Shown one piece after another: positions 34,481 to 39,682 of a stretch of 39,682 bases of DNA (the first letter of the stretch is position 1; each line of letters opens with the position of its first letter). The stretch lies in the IMG/VR virus record IMGVR_UViG_3300027790_000014, positions 1 through 39,682 of that record, one strand, 5' to 3'. This stretch comes from a virus. Its lineage: Duplodnaviria; Caudoviricetes. The translations under genes and the position numbers were made by a program. The notes below the pieces were generated by a model. The model was not told the origin of the DNA and searched no databases. It worked only from the letters and a program-made list of their open reading frames with translations.

Positions 34481-34590
34481 TAGTTTACTCTCAAAATAGC
34501 GCTCGAAACCAATAAATCGGTGGTCCCGGCATCGTTAGCAACGAATACTTCCACGTAATCATTAGTATCAGCAATATCATCATTCAATAG
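34480..34590 (-). pseudogene. Probable C-terminal remnant of a deleted structural gene
   Basis: Frame LLNDDIADTNDYVEVFVANDAGTTDLLVSSAILRVN* ends with TAATG coupling to gp10. No good start or RBS. Confidence 0.4.
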
Positions 34591-35014
34591 GAGTATCTTC
34601 TTGCGGATAAAATTTGTCGGTTCTATTGAATTGATCTTCATTACCTGAACCAATCGGTAATGTGTCTGGATAGGACATTGGGCCTAGATTTAGCGCAATG
34701 CGTCTCATTACATTTTCGCCACGTTGAGCATTGGCAAAAAGAATTTGTCCTATGGGGAATCCATAGGAGTTACCTAGCCGTACAGCTAGATTAAAAACAA
34801 CTCCTTCAATTGCTCCATCAGGAATAGTCACATCATCACCGAGGTTAGATACACTGGTATAACCTAAATTAACCCCATCAGCAGCAAATGCCGCCATCAT
34901 GCGGTTCATATACAGAACAGCGTCTTGGGCATCAACTTGCTCGATGGGAGCTTCAGCGGCCTGAACTTTAATTTCTTGCAACGCTGATTTGATTATTGAT
35001 TCGGCCTTTTCCAT
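34580..35014 (-). CDS. Head-tail adaptor, P22 gp4-like
   Basis: ALQEI..MNRMMA..GVNLGY..NLAVRL..YPDTLPIGSGN. Confidence 0.85.
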   Translation of the reverse strand: MEKAESIIKSALQEIKVQAAEAPIEQVDAQDAVLYMNRMMAAFAADGVNLGYTSVSNLGDDVTIPDGAIEGVVFNLAVRLGNSYGFPIGQILFANAQRGENVMRRIALNLGPMSYPDTLPIGSGNEDQFNRTDKFYPQEDTPIE

Positions 35015-35050
35015 TGTTTAACCTCGGTGATGATTTATATAGCTGAATTA

Positions 35051-35209
35051 TTACTCAGCTTTTTCCCAGCCTAATTCCTCTGCTTTTTTGATAGTAGCAG
35101 GACAGCTGTTGGTCATGATTTGTTCACCGCTAGGACGATTCCAAACGATGCGTTCCTCATACGGGTTTTTTGCTTCTTCCTGAACTTCAGGTGCTTTTGC
35201 TTTAGCCAT
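35051..35209 (-). CDS. Hypothetical protein (52 aa) after the coat gene
   Basis: GAGG RBS. MAKAKAPEVQEEAKNPYEERIVWNRPSGEQIMTNSCPATIKKAEELGWEKAE. Not in the ORF track. Confidence 0.75.
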   Translation of the reverse strand: MAKAKAPEVQEEAKNPYEERIVWNRPSGEQIMTNSCPATIKKAEELGWEKAE

Positions 35210-35242
35210 GATGATTTCCTCAATTAGGCGTTTAGATAGTCA

Positions 35243-35265
35243 TAAAGGGAGCATTGCTCCCTTTA
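35243..35265 (-). terminator. Terminator-like hairpin after the coat gene
   Basis: Perfect 10-bp stem, TAAAGGGAGC-ATT-GCTCCCTTTA. Confidence 0.7.
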
Positions 35266-35283
35266 ATAGATCACAGGTCCTTA

Positions 35284-36552
35284 TTAAGGATTACCGTGGC
35301 CTTGACCGGCGAAGAACGGATTCATTGAGCCATATGCGGGACGTAAATCAATACGAACTGTTTGCTTGTTGGCATCACCACTAGCGTACAGCGAGGTACG
35401 TAACTGCAGGCCATCACGAGTAGTAGCCACAGTATCCGTGCTGTGAAGCTTCTTGATGGGGATAGAAGCAATGGTGAACGCGTCACGATGCCAGAACATA
35501 TTGGGCTGAATCACAGTACTAGCAGAACCGCCCAGAGTAACGACGTCACCTGCTACAATAGCAGAGTCAGTGGTGTTGTAAGCACCGGCAGCTTCGAAGA
35601 TGCCCGGACCAGTAACCAGCAGAGTACCTGCGCCAGTACCATCCAGAGTAACGTCCTGAACCACAGTACCGGTGAACAGAACCTGAGTGCCATCAGCCTT
35701 GAGAACAGGCATGCGGGTAGACAGATTCAGACGGTTACGGCCAGTTACTTCGATAGTCTCACCAGCTTTGATCTCCAAGTTGGCTTGGAAACCACTGACA
35801 GCGATTGATTGACGCATGGAATCTTTATGAGTTACGTAAGTAACATCAGGATTCACAGCGACAGCACCAACACGGTCGGCACCAACACCAGTCATGTAAG
35901 AAGACAGGGTAGTAGCGGTTTTAACGGTCAGACCAGCGAAATTTTCTTTCACAGTGGCGCGTTCGTTAGCGGTACCTACTTCAGGATTGGTGCCCAAAGA
36001 GCGCTGCTCATTGGCCAAAGCTACCTGAGAATATGGATTCAGAGCATAGTACCAAGGTGCACCCATAGGAACACCGGACGATTGCATCAAAGCACCGGCT
36101 TCCGCTACTTCAGACCAAGAGTTAACACCTTCACCGGGAGTACCGACACGAAGACCAGCATTACGCATCATGAATCCAGCGAAATCTGTTTCCAGATCGG
36201 TAACAATGCGAGTGCCAATGTCATCCCAAAAACGATTGATATCAGTGCCCATGTTCAGGGCTTCATCGGCTTCATCATAATCAACAGGAACAGTGATATA
36301 GTCCTGTACGGTAGCAGATGCTTTGCCGGTGATGATGTCTTTCTTCTGGCCAGTGATATCACCAGTAGGAGTACGTACCGACTTGTAATCAGTAGGACGT
36401 TTAACATCCACTGTATCGCCGGAGTTTGGATCAAATGCTCCTTGGAACATTTGGGTGTTCACGTTACGAGAAAGTACACGGTTGGATTCGAAACGATCCA
36501 GTACCTTCATCATAACCTTTCGAGTAAAGTTACTTTCGAAGTTATTAGCCAT
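35284..36552 (-). CDS. Major capsid protein, P22 gp5-like
   Basis: MANNFESN..SGDTVDVKRP..PNMFWHRDAFTIASIPIKKLH..VRIDLRPAY. Confidence 0.92.
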   Translation of the reverse strand: MANNFESNFTRKVMMKVLDRFESNRVLSRNVNTQMFQGAFDPNSGDTVDVKRPTDYKSVRTPTGDITGQKKDIITGKASATVQDYITVPVDYDEADEALNMGTDINRFWDDIGTRIVTDLETDFAGFMMRNAGLRVGTPGEGVNSWSEVAEAGALMQSSGVPMGAPWYYALNPYSQVALANEQRSLGTNPEVGTANERATVKENFAGLTVKTATTLSSYMTGVGADRVGAVAVNPDVTYVTHKDSMRQSIAVSGFQANLEIKAGETIEVTGRNRLNLSTRMPVLKADGTQVLFTGTVVQDVTLDGTGAGTLLVTGPGIFEAAGAYNTTDSAIVAGDVVTLGGSASTVIQPNMFWHRDAFTIASIPIKKLHSTDTVATTRDGLQLRTSLYASGDANKQTVRIDLRPAYGSMNPFFAGQGHGNP

Positions 36553-36564
36553 GAGTGGCCTCCA

Positions 36565-37422
36565 TTATTCAATCGTAGCGCCCCAAGGATTATCATCCTC
36601 AGATGTCGCTCCTCCGGACAAAGTCTCGGTAGGTTGTGGAGCGTCGCTAACAGTTTTTGGTTTAACAGCTGTGGCTTGTGTCTTCACTTCATTGAAAACA
36701 GTCGCGCCATTCAGCCAAGTCGTTTGGTTCAAACTATCAATCGCTTGAGGATTGGCAGCAAGGTAACGAGTAATCAAAGGGCCATCACCATCAGCTAAAA
36801 TAGCATCGACAATCTCAGGCTTAAGACCATATGCCGCCACTGTTTGACCGGCTTGTTGCATCTCCTCAGGTTTAATGCCTAATTTGGTAGCACGGCCAGA
36901 ATAAACGGCGACTTTCTCGTTTAGTGCTTTAACACGTTCTTGCTCAGCTTCCTGCTGTTCACGCTCTTCCTTTTCACGCGATTGAGTTTGCTGGTTTTGA
37001 TAATCCCTCAACTCTGCCTTTTTATCGGCGTATTCGTTGATAGCAGCTTGGTAATCCGCCTCGTTATCATAGTCCCAACGATCTGGGATAGATGGCATTT
37101 GCGGCTCACCGGGATCGTTCTGCTTTTTGGCTTCAGCGAGTTGCTTTCTCAGCTCCTCGTTTTCACGTTTTGCTTTACGTTCCTCAAAAGCTTTTTCAGC
37201 GATAATTTTCTGAGCTTCGGGTGAAATCTCGACTTTTTCACTCTGGGTCGGTCCAGAGGATGGTGCCGAATCATCAGTTACTTGGCTATCTGTGCTACTA
37301 GACTGATCCCCCGGATTCAGATTGTCATCTTCAGTACCGGGATCGATAGTGGCACCAAGTTGATTTTCTAATTCAAGGTTGCTGTCAGTGGTTTGCACCT
37401 CAGCATTTTGCTGGTCACTCAT
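36565..37422 (-). CDS. Scaffolding protein
   Basis: Acidic coiled coil directly upstream of the coat gene, with a GPLITRYLAANP motif. GGAGA RBS before ATG 37422. Confidence 0.85.
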   Translation of the reverse strand: MSDQQNAEVQTTDSNLELENQLGATIDPGTEDDNLNPGDQSSSTDSQVTDDSAPSSGPTQSEKVEISPEAQKIIAEKAFEERKAKRENEELRKQLAEAKKQNDPGEPQMPSIPDRWDYDNEADYQAAINEYADKKAELRDYQNQQTQSREKEEREQQEAEQERVKALNEKVAVYSGRATKLGIKPEEMQQAGQTVAAYGLKPEIVDAILADGDGPLITRYLAANPQAIDSLNQTTWLNGATVFNEVKTQATAVKPKTVSDAPQPTETLSGGATSEDDNPWGATIE

Positions 37423-37471
37423 GGTTATCTCCAAAGAGTAAATATCGCGAAAGGGTCGCGTACCCATACGG

Positions 37472-37717
37472 TTAAAACAAAGATGGCGGTAAAGCCATCA
37501 TCAAAATCAATTCTTCTTCAGTTTCATTGCGCTTGAAAACATCAGGTTTTACCCAGTCCCATCCCTGTCCTTTCTTATTCTTTTTGACTTCCAATAATTC
37601 ACGGTCAAATATACAATTGCCGTTCAAATCAGGATTATCGAAAACACAAGTCGGATCTATGAAAGCATCGAATACGCAATCATCGCCCTTTTTGGGACTA
37701 TCAAAAACGCAAATCAT
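37472..37717 (-). CDS. Hypothetical protein with four C-[VI]-F-D repeats
   Basis: 81 aa, fills the gap between two late genes. Confidence 0.65.
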   Translation of the reverse strand: MICVFDSPKKGDDCVFDAFIDPTCVFDNPDLNGNCIFDRELLEVKKNKKGQGWDWVKPDVFKRNETEEELILMMALPPSLF

Positions 37718-37726
37718 AAACTTTTA

Positions 37727-38209
37727 TCAGGTTTTGCTGGCAGTAAAGAATCCTGCAGCGTTCACTGCTCCGGTCAAATCATTACCGTTAGTGGTGATAA
37801 CGAAATCGTGGGCAGTAAGTGGAACCAAATTTGCGTCAGTACCGCCTGTGGTATCCGAATCAAAACAAACTAGTAGCTTGACTAGGTTATTGTCTGTGAT
37901 ACCACCTGCACTGACCCAAACAGGGTCTGGCATATCAACACTCTGAGTATTATTAGTGTCGTTCGGCACCGGCTCAGAAATGTCGGTATCATCGAACACA
38001 ATACGAGCATAATTGGTGAAATCAGCTTCAGTATTGCCGGGAGCCGCCAGAATCGCTGCCAAAGTGTCGTAATCCTCAAGCACATTATCGGCTTCAACAA
38101 CTTTCAGCAAGACAATTACCAAAGCTGAGTTAGCAGGGTCATTGTTCGCCACACGGGAAGCATATTCACAGGGGCGACCTAGCCCTTGGTTAAACGTAAA
38201 ATCGGCCAT
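37727..38209 (-). CDS. Putative virion structural protein (fibre adaptor-like)
   Basis: 160 aa. NDPANSALVIVLL..NTEADFTNYAR..LVPLTAHDF..NGNDLT. Confidence 0.65.
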   Translation of the reverse strand: MADFTFNQGLGRPCEYASRVANNDPANSALVIVLLKVVEADNVLEDYDTLAAILAAPGNTEADFTNYARIVFDDTDISEPVPNDTNNTQSVDMPDPVWVSAGGITDNNLVKLLVCFDSDTTGGTDANLVPLTAHDFVITTNGNDLTGAVNAAGFFTASKT

Positions 38210-38210
38210 A

Positions 38211-39413
38211 TCAACCTTCCATTACTTGTAAATTATACGCCCCAAACGTGACGCCATTATCAGAACGTAATATCAACGTTCCAAACTGTCCGGGAGCAAG
38301 AGAGGTTCCCGTTAAATCAATATCAATTATACCACTGCCATCAGTGGATTCAAGTTCACCTTGTGTAATAGGTGCGTTGAAGTTAGCAGGGTCAGATTCA
38401 TCAAACCATGCCCAAGATAAATTTGATAGCCCCGGTAAAGGATTGCCGTTCCTGTCCACTAAAGTGCATTTCGCTATAAGAGCCGCTGCCACTGGGATGA
38501 TGCTATTAGCAATATCAATCTCAGTAGCAATGCCTATACCAACGACCAAATCTGTCTGAGGCGTGATGCTATTAGCAGTATCGATCTCTGTAGCAATGCC
38601 CAGCGCAACTGTAGTTCCCGATAGCGGGATAATGCTGTTTGCCGTATCAATCTCGGTCGCTGTACCAATGGCGACTTCAAGCCCTGTCTGAGGCGTGATG
38701 CTGTTTGCCGTGTCGATCTCGGTCGCTGTACCGATGTTTACCAGCAAATCGACTTGAGGCGTGATGCTGTTTGCCGTGTCGATCTCAGTAGCTGGGTCAA
38801 TTGGGACAGTTAGGCCAGCCGCAGCAGCGTTTAGTGGTAAAGCGATTGCGTTATACGATGGCGAACCACCGCCGCTCCAAGATATGACACCAGTGGATGA
38901 TCTGTATCCACCAGCTGCGCCCAGCCCACTAGACCCATCGCGTATAGAACCCGCTAAAGAATTTCCCGCTCCCGATATCGATCTTGCTGATGAAGCATAT
39001 GAATGTCTCATCACGCCCCAGATCATTCCATCGGAAGGAGCCGTAGTATTGGCAGTACTTTGCGTGGCTCCTGCCCCGCTGTTCGTGGTGGGAGTTCCTG
39101 TTGGATCAGCTTGGTCTACCCCTTCGAATGAACCGCCCACCAGCATAGGTTTGCTATAAGCCGACAAGGTAAGGGATAGTATGTTTATGCCTGAAGGCAC
39201 GCCTGCTAACGAGAATGCTTTAAGCGCTCCCGAAGTGGCTTCTTCAGTCATACTAACAGCATCGTATCGCATGCTGTTAACAGTCTGTATTAGGTTTACA
39301 TCGTACCCGCCACCAACGACAGCTCGATCTGAACCTACACCAGCGTCAAGTGATACTGATCTGGTTGTACCGTTGCCGAATGTGACTGCCGAAGATACAA
39401 ACGAAACTGCCAT
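38211..39413 (-). CDS. Putative head fibre or decoration protein with 22-aa tandem repeats
   Basis: 400 aa. Ser/Gly/Thr-rich beta domain, five ATEID(T/I)ANSI repeats and an Ig-like C-terminus. Confidence 0.65.
   Translation of the reverse strand: MAVSFVSSAVTFGNGTTRSVSLDAGVGSDRAVVGGGYDVNLIQTVNSMRYDAVSMTEEATSGALKAFSLAGVPSGINILSLTLSAYSKPMLVGGSFEGVDQADPTGTPTTNSGAGATQSTANTTAPSDGMIWGVMRHSYASSARSISGAGNSLAGSIRDGSSGLGAAGGYRSSTGVISWSGGGSPSYNAIALPLNAAAAGLTVPIDPATEIDTANSITPQVDLLVNIGTATEIDTANSITPQTGLEVAIGTATEIDTANSIIPLSGTTVALGIATEIDTANSITPQTDLVVGIGIATEIDIANSIIPVAAALIAKCTLVDRNGNPLPGLSNLSWAWFDESDPANFNAPITQGELESTDGSGIIDIDLTGTSLAPGQFGTLILRSDNGVTFGAYNLQVMEG
38490..38810 (-). repeat. Five 66-bp coding tandem repeats
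   Basis: RATCTC anchor at 38517, 38583, 38649, 38715 and 38781. Confidence 0.9.
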
Positions 39414-39555
39414 TATGGGTTAGCCACTGTGATACGATTTAACGCCGATCCAAATTCGGCAACTAAACGAGACTCAAGCTCAATAACATCGCCTACTTTT
39501 CGCCAATATCCGTTGGATACACGGATCAGAATAACATCCAAATCCGATGAGTCTT
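39413..39555 (-). CDS. C-terminal part of the 139-aa junction-spanning protein
   Basis: ...DSSDLDVILIRVSNGYWRKVGDVIELESRLVAEFGSALNRITVANP*. TAATG overlap with the start of the 400-aa gene. Confidence 0.8.
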
Positions 39556-39682
39556 CAACAATTCCGGCATTTATTGTAAGCAACCCAGTGACCGGGTCTT
39601 TGTAGCACTGCCCGATTTCACAAACTCGACTAGAGGCAGAGTAATATTTGGTTTTATGATCTTCAAGGGTAAAGTTAGGCGG
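39556..39682. repeat. Terminal direct repeat, right copy
   Basis: Identical to 1-127. Confidence 0.95.

Noticed and set aside
35809-36798. 329-aa + strand ORF and the many other antisense ORFs in the track
   Set aside because: They are shadows of well-supported genes on the opposite strand, with no RBS or recognisable motifs.
38490-38810. CRISPR-like array
   Set aside because: The repeats are in frame, diverge at synonymous positions, have no unique spacers and there are no cas genes.
1-39682. Stop-codon reassignment or selective avoidance of GC-only restriction sites
   Set aside because: Genes are intact under the standard code, there is no suppressor tRNA, and GGCC and CCGG are visibly frequent. 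Proper k-mer counts would be needed to say more.

Overview
This window is a complete, circularly assembled lytic phage genome of about 39,555 bp. Bases 1-127 are repeated exactly at 39556-39682, and one ORF reads in frame across that junction. The + strand arm (about 6.3-21.6 kb) is the early/replication arm. It encodes a Prim-Pol/VapE primase-helicase, an HNH nuclease, a SNF2 helicase, an SSB-like protein, a family A DNA polymerase and a 2-aminoadenine (Z-genome) cassette: purZ, a dNMP-kinase/MazZ fusion, datZ and probably dpoZ. It also carries a tRNA-Met inside about 600 nt of densely structured non-coding sequence, and a series of near-perfect sigma70 promoters. The - strand arm (about 23.6 kb across the junction) is a P22-like podovirus late operon: terminase, portal, scaffold, coat, gp4/gp10, ejection proteins, tailspike and lysis genes. 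The most striking feature is at the head of this operon. A phage-encoded RfaH homologue is followed by a perfect ops element (GGCGGTAGCGTG, in a JUMPstart-like context) 5 nt before the SD-less terS start. This suggests an RfaH/ops late-gene switch in place of lambda Q. Other notable items are an ADP-ribosyltransferase-like domain inside an ejection protein, a sulfotransferase module between portal and scaffold, stop-codon/promoter/hairpin fusion units, a repeated 5'-UTR motif and a candidate 75-nt sRNA. All protein calls come from motif recognition by eye, with no database search. The host is inferred to be a gammaproteobacterium from RfaH.
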